Below are positions 47,212 through 58,847 of a stretch of DNA of 64,000 nucleotides, piece by piece. This DNA comes from an uncultured Alphaproteobacteria bacterium (GTDB lineage Bacteria > Pseudomonadota > Alphaproteobacteria > Rhizobiales > Beijerinckiaceae), in contig CAWKBT010000001.1 in the NCBI GenBank assembly GCA_963847915.1, positions 64,539-128,538 of the forward strand, in the 5' to 3' direction. The notes beneath the pieces were generated by a model, which was given only the letters and a program-made list of their open reading frames with translations, made no database searches and was not told the DNA's origin. The position numbers were made by a program, and so were the translations under genes. How positions within the stretch are numbered: the first letter of the stretch is position 1; each line of letters starts with the position of its first letter.

Positions 47212-48354
47212 TCAGGCCGCCGCGTGCCCGCCGATCCAGCTGCGGGTGACGCCGAGCTCGGCGCTGAGTAGCACGAGGTCCGCCGCATATCCCGCCGCGA
47301 TCCGACCCCGCGTGTCGTCCATCCCCAGCATCCCGGCCGGGTAGAGGCTCGCCATGCGCAGGGCCTCGTCGAGCGGCTGGTCGAGCGCCGCGACGGCGAA
47401 GCGCAGCGCGGCATCCATGGTGAGGTCGGCGCCCGCCAGCGTGCCGTCGTCGAAGGTCAGGGCGCCGCCGCGGCGCGTCACCGTCCGGCCGCTCAGCGTG
47501 AACGTGTCGCCCGGCGCGCCGGCCGGCGGCATGGCGTCCGAGACCAGGACCAGCCGTGCCGGCCCGCGCTTGGCCCGCAGCGCCGCCCGCAGCGCCGCCG
47601 GCGCGACGTGGACGCCGTCGGCGATGATGCCGCCCCACAGGCCGCCGTGGTCGAGCGCCGCGCCGACGACGCCCGGGCGCGCGGTGGCCGAGCGGCGACA
47701 TGGCATTGAAGAGATGCGTCACGCAGCGCGCGCCGGCCTCCGCGGCCGCCATCACGGCCTCGTAGGGGGCGTCGCTGTGGCCGATGCTGACGATGACGCC
47801 GCCGCCGTCAGGCGCCGGATCTGGGCCGGCGTCACGGTCTCGGCCGCCACCGTGACCAGCAGGGTGTCGAGGCCGGTCGACAGCAGCGCGGCGAGGTCGG
47901 CCTCCGTCATGGGCCGGATCAGCGCGGGATCGTGGGCGCCCTTGCGGGCCACCGACAGGTGCGGGCCCTCGAGGTGGAGGCCGAGCACCCCGGGCCGCCG
48001 CTCGGCGATGGCGTCGCGGACCGCCGCCACGGCCTCGGCCTGCCGCTCCGGCCGGTCGGTGATGAAGGTCGGCAGGCAGCCCGTGGTGCCGAAGCGGCGG
48101 TGGGCGGCGGCGACCGCGGCGGCGCCGTCGGCCGTCGGGGACGCGTTGAACAGCACGCCGCCGCCCCCGTTCACCTGCGCGTCGATGAAGCCCGGCGCCA
48201 GCAGGCCGCCGCCGAGGTCCTCGGCCGGCACGCCGGACGGCAGGGCCGCCGCCGGCACGACGCCCGCGATGCGGCGCCGTCGAGCAGCACCGCATGGCCG
48301 TCGAGGAAGGTCTCGCCCGTGAAGATCCGGGCGCCGGCGAGGGCTCTGCGCCAT
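47212..48354 (-). pseudogene. nagA: N-acetylglucosamine-6-phosphate deacetylase, about 4 frame switches as given
   Basis: The pieces sit in three frames. They read MAQ / [23 protein letters not shown] / IAGVVP...[16 protein letters not shown]...[20 protein letters not shown] / [43 protein letters not shown] / [22 protein letters not shown]...SWIGG. One switch is at about 47672-47677 (CCCGGG). Confidence 0.8.
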
Positions 48355-49366
48355 CAGACCGTCTCCGTGACCTTGCGCAGGTGGCTCGGCCGGTCGGGGT
48401 CGTGGCCGCGGGCGCGCGCGCAGCCGCTCGGCGAAGCCGTAGAAGCCGAGCAGCATCGGCAGCGGATCGAGCAGCGGGATGGCCGGTCGGCGGCCGCGGC
48501 GAGGTCGGCGCCGCGCCCGATGCGGCGGCCGTCGAAGACGCGGCCCCCCGCGGCGGCGAGCCGGGCCGCGCTCGCCCGCATGGCGTCGCGCGAGGCGTCC
48601 GCCTGGGCGAAGGCGATGACGGGAAAGCCCGGCTCGAGCAGCTGCAGCGGGCCGTGCATGACCTCGGCGCCCGAGAAGGCCTCGGCGTGGAGCACGGCGG
48701 TCTCCTTCAGCTTCAGCGCCGCCTCGGCGGCGACCGGCAGGGCCGGCCCGCGGCCCACCAGATAGGCGGAGCTCGCGCGCCGCGAAGACCGGCAGGGCCG
48801 GCGACCAGTCGTGGTGCGAGCGCGGCCTCCAGGGCCTCGGGCAGGCGCGCCACGGCCGCCCGCAGCGCCGCGTCGTCGGCCCATTCGGCGACCAGCGCGG
48901 CGAGCGCGGCCGCCGAAGCGATACAGGTCTTGGTGGCGGCGACGCTGCGCTCGAGCCCCGCGCCGAGCGGCACCACGGCATCGGCGCCCTCCGCCAGGGG
49001 CGAGTCTTCCTGGTTGACGATCGCGATCGAGAAGGCGCCGGCGTCGCGCGCCGCCTTCTGCAACGCCACGATGTCGGGGCTCTGTCCGGACTGCGACACC
49101 GACACGACGGCGGCGCCCCTGAGGCGCAGCGGCGCGCCGTAGAGCGACGCCACCGAGGGGCCGACCGAGGCGACGGGCACGCCCAGCAGGATCTCGCACA
49201 GGTACTTGAAGAAGGCCGCGGCATTGTCGGACGAGCCGCGGGCCGAGGTCACCACCACGGCGGGGTCGCGCTCGCCGAGGCGCCGCCCCAGCGCCCGCAG
49301 GGCGGAGCCCTGGTCGGCGAGGAGCCGCGCCACGGCGGCCGGCGTGTCGCGGATCTCGGCTGCCAT
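48354..49366 (-). pseudogene. SIS-domain sugar-phosphate isomerase/deaminase (GlmS C-terminal / AgaS-like), about 4 frame switches as given
   Basis: MAAEIRDTPAAVARLL...VVTSARGSSDNAA...VSVSQSGQSPDIV... continues in other frames as HHDWSPALPVFAAR / [41 protein letters not shown] / [22 protein letters not shown] / [21 protein letters not shown]. The length is 3n+2. Confidence 0.75.
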
Positions 49367-49386
49367 GAACGGTGTCGGGCATGGGT

Positions 49387-50157
49387 CTATCCCAGGGTGA
49401 GTTCGGCGACGAAATCGTAGATGTCGCCACGGTAGAAGCTGCGGGTGAATTCGACGGGCTGGCCGTTCGGCAGATAGGCCACGCGCTCGATGGCGAGTGC
49501 GGCGCTGCCGACCGGCACGGCCATCAGCTGCGCCTCCTCGCGGCCGAGGTTGGCGGCCGACAGGCGCTGGAGCGCGCGCACCGGCTTGAAGCCGCGCGCG
49601 TCGAGCGCGTCGTAGAGCGAGGCCTCGACGGCGGCCGGGTCGTCGAGGTAGCGCTGCGGGATCGCGGCCCGCTCGATCGCCATGGGGACGCCGTCGGCGA
49701 ACCGCAGCCGGCTCAGGCGCGAGACGCGCTGTCCTGGGGCGAGAGCGCGAGGTGGATCGCCTCGCGGGTCGACGTCACCGACACCGTCGCGGTCGAGCCA
49801 GCGCGACGTCGTCGGCGAGGCCGCGCTGGCGCATGTCCTCGCTGAAGGAGGTCAGCCGCGACAGGGGCTGTTCGAGCGCGGGCGCTGGCGCGCCACATAG
49901 GTGCCCGAGCCCTGCCGCTGTTCGAGGAGCCCGGCGCCGACCAGGCCCGACAGGGCCTTGCGCACCGTGACGCGGGAGATGGACAGCGTCTGGGCGATCT
50001 CGCGCTCGCCCGGCAGCGCGTCGGACGGCTTCAGGCTGCCGCTCGCGATGGCGCCCTTGATGGCCTCCTGGAGGCGCAGGTAGAGCGGCGTCGCCGCTCC
50101 CGAGCCGCCGCGGGCGAGAGCCGCCGCCCGCGAAGCGGGAAAGGCTCGGCCATTCAC
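49387..50157 (-). pseudogene. GntR-family regulator, HutC/NagQ-like (wHTH plus UTRA), about 3 frame switches as given
   Basis: The wHTH LPGEREIAQTLSISRVTVRKALSGLVGAGLLEQRQGSGTYV is in ORF 49852..50157. PALEQPLSRLTSFSEDMRQRGL, TVSVTSTREAIHLALSP and GQRVSRLSRLRFADGVPMAIERAAIP...FYRGDIYDFVAELTLG are in other frames. Confidence 0.75.
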
Positions 50158-50458
50158 GGGCCGCGCGGCCCCGTCGGGCCGCGGCGCCCGCGCCTTCCTC
50201 CGTCACGACTCTCGTCATCCACGGGCACCTCGGCCGTCAACGATCCCGCTCTAATACCACACCAGACCAGTTGCGCCAGCCCCGGGACGCCCGCACGGTC
50301 CGGCGCGGCACCGTCATGTTGCAGAGCAGCATGAACTTTCAGCAGTCTGCACCCGATCCGAGCCGCGGCTGTGCAAGCTTTGCGCGGCGAGGTGGATTGA
50401 CGACAGGTATGGGATTGGTATCAATTCCTCCCGCAACCGGCACGGATGGTACGAGGCG

Positions 50459-51352
50459 ATGGCACTGGCGACGACCGAGCGCACCGACACGGCCTACGAC
50501 GACCTCGACCTGTGGTCGGACGACACGCTCGTCGACGCCATGGCGCGCTCGCAGCGCGAGGCCCTGTCCGCCGTCGCGGCCGCGCATGGTGCCATGGCGG
50601 AGGCGATCGCGGCCCTTTCGGCGGTGCTGCGCTCCGGCGGCCGCATGGCCTATGCGGGCGCCGGCTCCTCCGGGCCTCATCGCCCAGCTCGACCGGCTGG
50701 AACTGCCCGGCACCTTCGGGATCTGCCGCTGGAGCGCCTGCCGCTGATCCTGGCCGGCGGGCCCGACGCGCTCCAGGCCCTGGCGGGCGAGGCCGAGGAC
50801 GATGTCGAGGCCGGCGCGGCGGCCGTCGCCGGCGCCGCGCTCGGCGCGGGCGACGCGCTGGTGGCGCTGTCGGCCAGCGGCATCGACACCCTTCACGGTC
50901 GCGGCCCAAAAGGCGGCGGCCCAGCGCGGCGCCGTCACGGTCGGGCATCGCCTGCGTGGCGGGGTCGCCGCTGCTGGCGGCGAGCCGCCATCCGATCGCC
51001 ATCCCGACGCCGCCCGAGGTGCTGGCGGGGTCGACGCGGCTCGCCGCCGGCACGGCGCAGAAATGCGCCCTCAACATCCTGTCGACCGGCGTCGCGCTGC
51101 GGCTCGGCCATGCCTACCGCGGCCTGATGGTCAACATGGTGCCGGACAACGCCAAGCTGAAGCGGCGCGCCGTCTCGATCGTGGCGCGGGCCGCCGGGAT
51201 CGCGCCGGAGCGGGCCGAGGCGGCGCTCGAAGCGGCCGGCTGGTCCATCAAGGTCGCCGTCACGCTGGCGCGGCGCCGGCGTCGATGCCGACGAGGCGCG
51301 CGATCGCCTGACGCGCCACGGCGGCGATATCCGGGCGGCGCTGCGGACGTGA
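50459..51352 (+). pseudogene. murQ: N-acetylmuramic acid 6-phosphate etherase, about 5 frame switches as given
   Basis: MALATTERTDTAYDDLDLWSDDTLVDAM...RMAYAGAGSSG / LIAQLDRLELPGTFGI / ERLPLILAGGPDALQ...ALSASG / TPFTVAAQKAAAQRGAVTVG / IACVAGSPLL...STRLAAGTAQKCALNILSTGV...GLMVNMVPDNAKLKRRA / AGVDADEARDRLTRHGGDIRAALRT. The first switch is at GGG 50672-50674. Confidence 0.8.
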
Positions 51353-51391
51353 CGTCCCGGCGCGGCCCAGGGTCGGAAACTCGGCACGGGT

Positions 51392-52685
51392 GTGCCGCAA
51401 TGGAGGAAGACGCGATGGGCATCGAGAGTCGTGACATCCTGGGCGCTGGCCGGCGCCACGCTCGCGGCGGCGGCGCTTCCCGGCACGGGCCGCCGACGCC
51501 ACGCTGACGATCGAGAGCTGGCGCAACGACGACCTGCCGATCTGGCAGGAGAAGATCATCCCGGCCTTCGAGAAGAGCCATCCGGGCATCAAGCTGAACT
51601 TCCAGCCGACGGCCCCCAAGGAATACAATGCCGCGCTCAACTCGAAGCTCGACGCCGGCACGGCCGGCGACATCATCGCCTGCCGGCCCTTCGACGCCTC
51701 GCTCGACCTCTACAAGAAGAAAGAGCTGACCAGCGTCAACGACATCCCGGGCATGGCCAATTTCGGCCCCGTCGCCAAGGCCGGCTGGTCGACCGACGAC
51801 GGCGCGACCACCTTCTGCGTGCCGGTCGCGGCCGTGCTGCACGGCTTCATCTACAACAAGGACGCCTTCAAGAAGGTCGGCATCGCGACCCCGCCGGCGA
51901 CCGTCGACGAGTTCTTCGCCGACCTCGACAAGATCAAGAAGGACGGCACCTACGTGCCGCTCGCCATGGGCACGCCCGACCAGTGGGAAGCCGCCACCAT
52001 GGGCTACCAGGTGATCGGGCCCAACTACTGGCATGGCGAGGACGGCCGCAAGGCGCTGATCGCCGGCAAGGAGAAGCTGACCGATCCCGACTGGGTCGAG
52101 CCCTTCAAGCAGCTCGCCAAATGGGGCCCCTACATGGGCGACGGCTACAAGGCGCAGTCCTATCCCGACAGCCAGAACATGTTCACGCTCGGCCGCGCCG
52201 CCATCTACCCGGCGGGCTCGTGGGAGATCGCCCAGTTCGAGAGCCAGGCGCAGTTCCCGATGGGCGCCTTCCCGGCACCCGTGCCCAAGGCCGGCGACCC
52301 GTGCTACCTGTCGGACCACGTCGACATCGCCTTCGGCATGAACCCCAAGACCAAGAGCCCCGAGGCCGCCAAGACCTTCCTGACCTGGGTGGCGTCGCCC
52401 GACTTCGCCAAGCTCTATTCCAACGCGCTGCCGGGCTTCTTCTGCGCTCCAGACCCAGCCGATCGCGGTCGACGAACCCGCTGGCCAAGGAGTTCGTGGC
52501 CTTCCGCAAGGACTGCAAGTCGACCATCCGCTCGACCTACCAGATCCTGTCGCGCGGCACGCCCAACCTCGAGAACGAGACCTGGGTCGAATCCGCCAAC
52601 GTGATCAACGGCACCGACACGCCGGACCAGGCCGCCGCCAAGCTGCAGAAGGGTCTCGACAGCTGGTACAAGCCCGGCCAAGTGA
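51392..52685 (+). pseudogene. carbohydrate-type ABC substrate-binding protein, about 3 frame switches as given
   Basis: A signal-like N-terminus (RVVTSWALAGATLAAAALPGTG) comes first. ADATLTIESWRNDDLPIWQEKIIPAFEKSHPGIKLNF...ALPGFF follows in frame 0 (the ORF 51753..52604 frame). PLAKEFVAFRKDCKSTIRSTYQILSRGTPNLENETW...DSWYKP then returns to the first frame. The probable stop at 52683-52685 is reached only after a CCC (52673-52675) shift. Both ends are tentative. Confidence 0.65.
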
Positions 52686-52831
52686 GCGCGCGGCGGCGCC
52701 TTCCTTCGCCTCGCGAGGAGAAGGCGCCGGCACGCAGTGACGACGGATGGGGGGAGCCCCACCGTCGCACGTCCCCTCATCCGCCCTGCCGGGCACCTTC
52801 TCCCGCCAGCGCGGGCGACGGGGAGACCCCG

Positions 52832-53813
52832 ATGACCGACGTCGACCACCTCGCCCTCGACGCGCCCCTGCCGGCGCTGGCCGCGGCCCGGCGCCGCGCC
52901 GGCGCGGCGACGGCGCGCTGCACATCGCGGTGTTCCTGGCGCCGGCGCTGCTCGTCTACACCGCCATCATGATCGTGCCGCTCTTCGACACGCTGCGGCT
53001 GGCCCTCTATTCGCGCGTCGACGGCGTCTCGACCTTCGTGGGCCTCGCCAATTTCCGCGCCCTCTTCGGCGAGCCGCGCTGGTCCGAGCACCTGTGGTCG
53101 GCGCTCGGCAACAATCTCGTCTTCTTCCTCATCCACATGGTCCTGCAGAACCCGATCGGCGTGGCTCTGGCGGCGATGCTGTCGCTGCCGCGCCTGCGGG
53201 GGCGGCGCCTTCTACCGGACGGCCTTCTTCCTGCCCACGATGCTGTCCTTCGTCATCGTGGGCTTCACCTGGAAGCTGATCCTCTCGCCCGCTGTGGGGC
53301 GTCACGCCCATGCTGCTCGGGCTCGTGGGGCTCAAGAGCTGGTTCCATCCCTGGCTGGGGCAGGAATCCACGGCGCTCGTCACCCTCGCGCTGATCTCGG
53401 TCTGGCAATACGTCGGCATCCCCATGATGCTGATCTACGCGGCCCTGCTGGGCATCCCGGACGAGGTGATCGAGGCCGCCGAACTCGACGGCATCACCGG
53501 CTTCGCCCAGTTCCTCAAGATCAAGCTGCCGCTGATCTGGCCCACGATCGGGATCTGCTCGATCCTGACCTTCGTGGGCAATTTCAATGCCTTCGACCTC
53601 ATCTACACCGTGCAGGGCGCGCTGGCGGGCCCGAACTTCTCGACCGACATCCTCGGCACCTTCCTGTTCCGCACCTTCTTCGGCAACCAGCTGCAGCTCG
53701 GCGACCCCAACATGGGCGCCGCCATCGCGGCCGTGATGTTCGCCATCATCCTCGCCGGCGTCTCGGTCTACCTGTTCGGCATCCAGCGGCGCATGCGCCG
53801 CTACCAGTTCTGA
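52832..53813 (+). pseudogene. carbohydrate ABC transporter permease, about 3 frame switches as given
   Basis: MTDVDHLALDAPLPALAAARRRAG / ALHIAVFLAPALLVYTAIMIVPLFDTLRLALYS...AMLSLPRLRG / AFYRTAFFLPTMLSFVIVGFTWKLILSP / LWGVTPMLLGLVG...EAAELDGITGFAQFLKIKLPL...RRYQF. One switch is in the GGGGG run at 53198-53202. Confidence 0.75.
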
Positions 53814-53820
53814 GGCGGCC

Positions 53821-54663
53821 ATGAACCGCTCGCGCTCCTCCCCGCTTCGGCCGCGGCCTCGTCCACCTGGCGCTGCTCGCCTATACGGCCCTGTGCCTCG
53901 CGCCCGTGCTGCTCGTCGTGGTCAATTCGTTCAAGAGCCGCGCGAGCCATCTTCGCGGCGCCGCTGACCCTGCCGGACGCGTCGAGCTTCGACCTCATCG
54001 GCTACCGGACGGTGCTGGGGCAGGGCGTGTTCCTGAACTATTTCGTCAACAGCCTCATCGTCACCATCGGCTCCATCGCGGCGGTGCTGCTGTTCGGCGC
54101 CATGGCGGCCTTCGCGCTCAGCGAATACCGGTTCAGGCTCAACACCGCGCTCGGCCTCTTCCTCGCCCTCGGCATCATGGTGCCGATCCGGCTCGGCACG
54201 GTCGTCGATCCTGCAGATGATGGTGGCGACCCACCTCGTCGACACGCATCTCGCCCTGATCCTCATCTACACGGCGCAGGGCCTGCCGGTGGCGGTGTTC
54301 ATCCTGTCGGAGTTCATGCAGGGCGTGTCCAAGGACCTGAAGGACGCCGGGCGCATCGACGGGCTCGGCGAATACACGATCTTCTTCCGGCTGGTGCTGC
54401 CGCTGGTGCGCCCGGCCCTCGCCACCGTGGCGGTCTTCACCATGGTGCCGATCTGGAACGACCTGTGGTTCCCGCTGATCGTGGCGCCCGGCGAGGCGAC
54501 CCGGACCGTGACGCTCGGCGCGCAGAGCTTCATCGGCCAGTTCGTCACCAACTGGAACGCCGTGCTGGCGGCCCTCACCCTCGCGATCCTGCCCGTGCTG
54601 GTCCTCTACCTCGCCTTCTCGCGCCAGCTGATCCGCGGCATCACCGCCGGAGCCGTCAAATGA
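53821..54663 (+). pseudogene. carbohydrate ABC transporter permease, about 3 frame switches as given
   Basis: MNRSRSS / [29 protein letters not shown] / [33 protein letters not shown]...IRLGTVV / [25 protein letters not shown]...[21 protein letters not shown]...TAGAVK. Confidence 0.75.
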
Positions 54664-55713
54664 ACCCGATCCGTACCCTCGTCGTCGGCCTCGGCCAGAT
54701 GGGTCGCTGCGCACGCCCTGGCCTATGCGGCCGACCCGGCCTTCGCCATCGTCGGCCTCGTCAACCGCTCGCCCGTCGACCTGCCCGAAGCGCTCGCCGG
54801 GTTCCCGCGGCTCGACAGCGTTCGCCGAAGGCCTGGCCCTGCGGCCCGACCTCGTCTGCATCGCCTCCTATACGGACAGCCACGCCGATTACGCCGTCGC
54901 CGCCATGGAGGCCGGCGCCCATGTCTTCGTCGAGAAGCCGCTGGCCGCCACGGTCGAGGATGCCGAACGCGTCGTCGCGGTGGCCGCGCGCGACGGGACG
55001 CAAGCTCGTCGTCGGCTACATCCTGCGCCACCACCCGAGCTGGATCCGCTTCATCGCCGAGGCGCGCGAGGTCGGGCCGCCCTTCGTGATGCGCATGAAC
55101 CTCAACCAGCAATCCTCCGGCGCCGCGTGGGAGATCCACCGCCGGCTGATGGAGAGCACCAGCCCGGTGGTGGATTGCGGCGTGCACTACCTCGACGTCA
55201 TGCTGCAGATCACCGATGCCCGCCCCGTGCAGGTGCGCGGCATGGGGGTGCGGCTTCAGCGACGAGATCGCGCCCGGCCAGGTGAACTACGGCCACCTGC
55301 AGGTCATCTTCGCCGACGGGTCCGTCGGCTGGTACGAGGCCGGCTGGGGGCCGATGATCTCCGAAACGGCCTTCTTCGTGAAGGACGTCATGGGTCCGCG
55401 CGGCGCCGTGTCGATCGTCATGGACGAGGGGGCCGCCTCGGCCGACGTCGAGACCCATACGAAGACGTCGCGCATCCGCATCCACCGCGCCGAGACGGGC
55501 CCGGGCGGCGCCTTCCTGGCGCCCGACGCCATGATCTCCATGGCGGACGAGCCCGGCCACGACGCGCTCTGCGCCCGCGAGCAGGCCTTCATGCGCGACG
55601 CGATCCTCGAGGACCGCGACCTCGGCCGCCACATGGACGACGCCGTGCGCTCGCTCGCCGTGGTCCTGGCGGCCGACCGTTCCATGCGCGAAAACCGCGC
55701 GATCGACCTGTGA
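54660..55713 (+). pseudogene. Gfo/Idh/MocA-family oxidoreductase, four +1 frame switches as given
   Basis: [16 protein letters not shown] / [37 protein letters not shown] / [42 protein letters not shown]...ARDG / [17 protein letters not shown]...[11 protein letters not shown]...VRGMG / [30 protein letters not shown]...RAIDL. The length is 3n+1. Confidence 0.75.
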
Positions 55714-55724
55714 GGACCGACGGC

Positions 55725-56727
<1,003 letters not shown>

Positions 56728-57401
56728 GACGGGCTCCGGCGCCCGCGTCGGAGCGGGCCGTGGTGCGGATCGGCACATGCGGTCTGGTCGCAGTCCAAGG
56801 TCTGCCTGGAAACGACACGGGGCCGACCGGAAACGTGGGCGGACCGGAAGGTGGGCGTCAATCGCTGTCCGGCCGGTCGGCTCGCATTCGTCGCTCCGGC
56901 TTGAAAACCGTCAGCAGTGGAGGCGGCACACAGAATGAAGCTGCGCCGCCACGCTCGGCATCGAACAGGCGACCTCGTCGATGTCCGTGGTCCGTCGTCG
57001 ACCACGAGACGTCCAACGGCTCCCAGCGCCTCGATACCACCGTGAACCGTGGAAGGACCCCGGCCCAACGTGCGCGCCAGGGGCCCCAGACCGGACGCTG
57101 GAGCTTTGCGGAGATGCGAGGGCAGTTCGCGGCGCCTTGGCGTCACGATACTGGCGTATACGTCGTACGCTAGGAAGACCACCTCGTAGAGCGGCTCGAA
57201 AGTTTCTGAGCGCTCGGCGGCTTGCCAAGCCTGCGCGCCTTCCGACGAGGTTGCACGCAGACAGCGTCAGGTTTCAATCTGGACCATGTTCCGATCTCCA
57301 TCGTTCCACCGCTTCGGCGAAGTCGTCGATCGACGCGTCGACGCTGGTGAACGTGTAGGCAGTCTTATGTAGCTGCCTCACCAACCCGTAAAATCAGGCA
57401 C

Positions 57402-58052
57402 TTAGGCTAAGGCATCGGGATGGGGCGACTCCGTGCCAGAGAACCCCGATTTGAGACGGCAGCCAGTGTGCGCTTGTACGTGTTCAAAGTGCGCGCGCTG
57501 TCCGGTTGTCCCTTCCTTGTGGGTTTTCACCGGCCCATGACAGGCAGGACAACGCATCGTCTCGCCGCGCCGCGATAGCGCATCGGTGATGCTGATCCGC
57601 TCCCATCCAGCCGCCATCCTGATCTCGCACGAGTCGAGGTCAGCCTCGATCTCGTCCAACTCGTCGATGCGTTCAACAATGTCGGCCTCGGTATCGGTGA
57701 AGCCTTTCCGCCGCTGGTCGTCGACATGGCACTCGTGATGGACGAGGCGGGTATTCTCGGCCGTGTAGCCTTTCCACGCGACGAAGCGGTCAAGCTCCGA
57801 ACCCTTCTGCGGCATGTTTTTATCGCACATGGCGCAGATGCCGCCCTGCGCCTTCCACTTCTCCGCCTTGAGCTTTGTCCGGTGGGCCGGCGTCCCGCGC
57901 TCAAGGTGCATGAGGCGGGTGTAAAGCCGGCGCCGAAGGGCGAACAGCAGCTCGGGGTCTTCGCCGGCCAGTTTGGCGAGGGCATCGACTGTCTGGGCCT
58001 GCAAGCTGTTGAGGCTGGCGATCTCGGACGGGGTGAGTCGGCGGTTCGGCAT
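57402..58052 (-). CDS. HNH-like (His-Me finger) protein with a C-terminal CoiA-type zinc ribbon
   Basis: 216 aa. GGICAMCDKNMPQKGSELDRFVAWKGYTAENTRLVHHECH has the CxxC...N...HxxCH layout of HNH nucleases. RCPACHGPVKTHKEGTTGQRAHFEHVQAHTGC has the CPxC...HFxH...C layout seen at CoiA-like N-termini. Confidence 0.6.
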   Translation of the reverse strand: MPNRRLTPSEIASLNSLQAQTVDALAKLAGEDPELLFALRRRLYTRLMHLERGTPAHRTKLKAEKWKAQGGICAMCDKNMPQKGSELDRFVAWKGYTAENTRLVHHECHVDDQRRKGFTDTEADIVERIDELDEIEADLDSCEIRMAAGWERISITDALSRRGETMRCPACHGPVKTHKEGTTGQRAHFEHVQAHTGCRLKSGFSGTESPHPDALA

Positions 58053-58138
58053 GAGCGGAGGCTAGCACGGTCGGGGGCAGCTGTTGCGTCTGCTACGTAA
58101 GCCCGGAGAAGCGGATCACTGCGCGGTCTGTGCGCTGG

Positions 58139-58167
58139 TTGACAAAACCGTTTGATTTTCGTATTTG
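58139..58167 (+). promoter_or_regulatory. candidate sigma70-type promoter for the 58200 gene pair
   Basis: TTGACA (58139-58144), a 17-nt spacer, then TATTTG (58162-58167), about 30 nt upstream of the ATG at 58200. Pattern match only. Confidence 0.3.
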
Positions 58168-58190
58168 GTTGCCTAGCGTCGTCGGCAACC
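58167..58190. promoter_or_regulatory. 7-bp perfect inverted repeat (candidate operator)
   Basis: GGTTGCC (58167-58173), 10 nt, then GGCAACC (58184-58190), lying between the candidate -10 element and the start codon. It is flanked by AACCGTTTG / AACCGGTTTG direct repeats (58146-58154, 58187-58196). Confidence 0.3.
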
Positions 58191-58199
58191 GGTTTGGCC

Positions 58200-58847
58200 A
58201 TGGATACCGTCTCAGCAGAGAGTTTCCTTCTCGATCAACTGCCGCTCGCGGCGCGGTCGGTGATCCCGGCGACACTGAAGACGGCCTATGCGGCTGTTAA
58301 GCTTATGGTCGATCAAGAGCCCATCCTGCAGGTTGCCTCTGCCGTTGACGGACGCGGAAGGCTCATCAGCTGGGCGGTTGACCATGCCTTTGAGAAGGCG
58401 ATCCTCACGCGGCAATGGCCATTCGAGTACGAGTGGAAGGATTGGGCGCATCCGACGGGGCGATATCTAGCTATTCGACTCCCGCACTCGATACTAAGCA
58501 TCAGTCAGATCGCTAATTCGAAGAAACAGCCGAGAAACGTTGTTTTTCGTGAGAACGCAAGGCTTAACAATGCTCCATGCTTCGACTTTGAACAGTTTGT
58601 TGAGGAGCGAAAAGTAAAAGGCCTCCCTCATTTTTTAATGATCCATGGATATCAAAATCTGAATTTCGCTCACTTGGCAGTGCCTCACGCCGTCCATGGC
58701 CAGGGATGGATTCATAAATCACCTAATCTGATGAAAATGCCCCACGCTGTTGCTCAGGATGTACCGGCGGTGGAATCCACAGAATTTGAAGAGACCATGG
58801 TGCTCAAGGGTGAAATCGAAAAATGGCGCAGAGACAATGGCGCCTAA
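58200..58847 (+). CDS. hypothetical protein (215 aa), upstream partner of the XRE-ImmA gene
   Basis: ATG 58200 (MDTVSAESFLLDQLPLAARS...). Unbiased, AT-richer coding sequence. The 3' end overlaps the next gene by 11 nt. I recognise no motif. Confidence 0.6.
   Translation: MDTVSAESFLLDQLPLAARSVIPATLKTAYAAVKLMVDQEPILQVASAVDGRGRLISWAVDHAFEKAILTRQWPFEYEWKDWAHPTGRYLAIRLPHSILSISQIANSKKQPRNVVFRENARLNNAPCFDFEQFVEERKVKGLPHFLMIHGYQNLNFAHLAVPHAVHGQGWIHKSPNLMKMPHAVAQDVPAVESTEFEETMVLKGEIEKWRRDNGA

Noticed and set aside
56940-57000. A possible tRNA or tRNA 3' fragment on the minus strand (TGTTCGATG resembles a T-loop) that could mark an integration site.
   Set aside because: The flanking 5-nt arms (GCCTG / CCGAG) are not complementary. 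No acceptor stem or CCA context could be built, so there is no cloverleaf.
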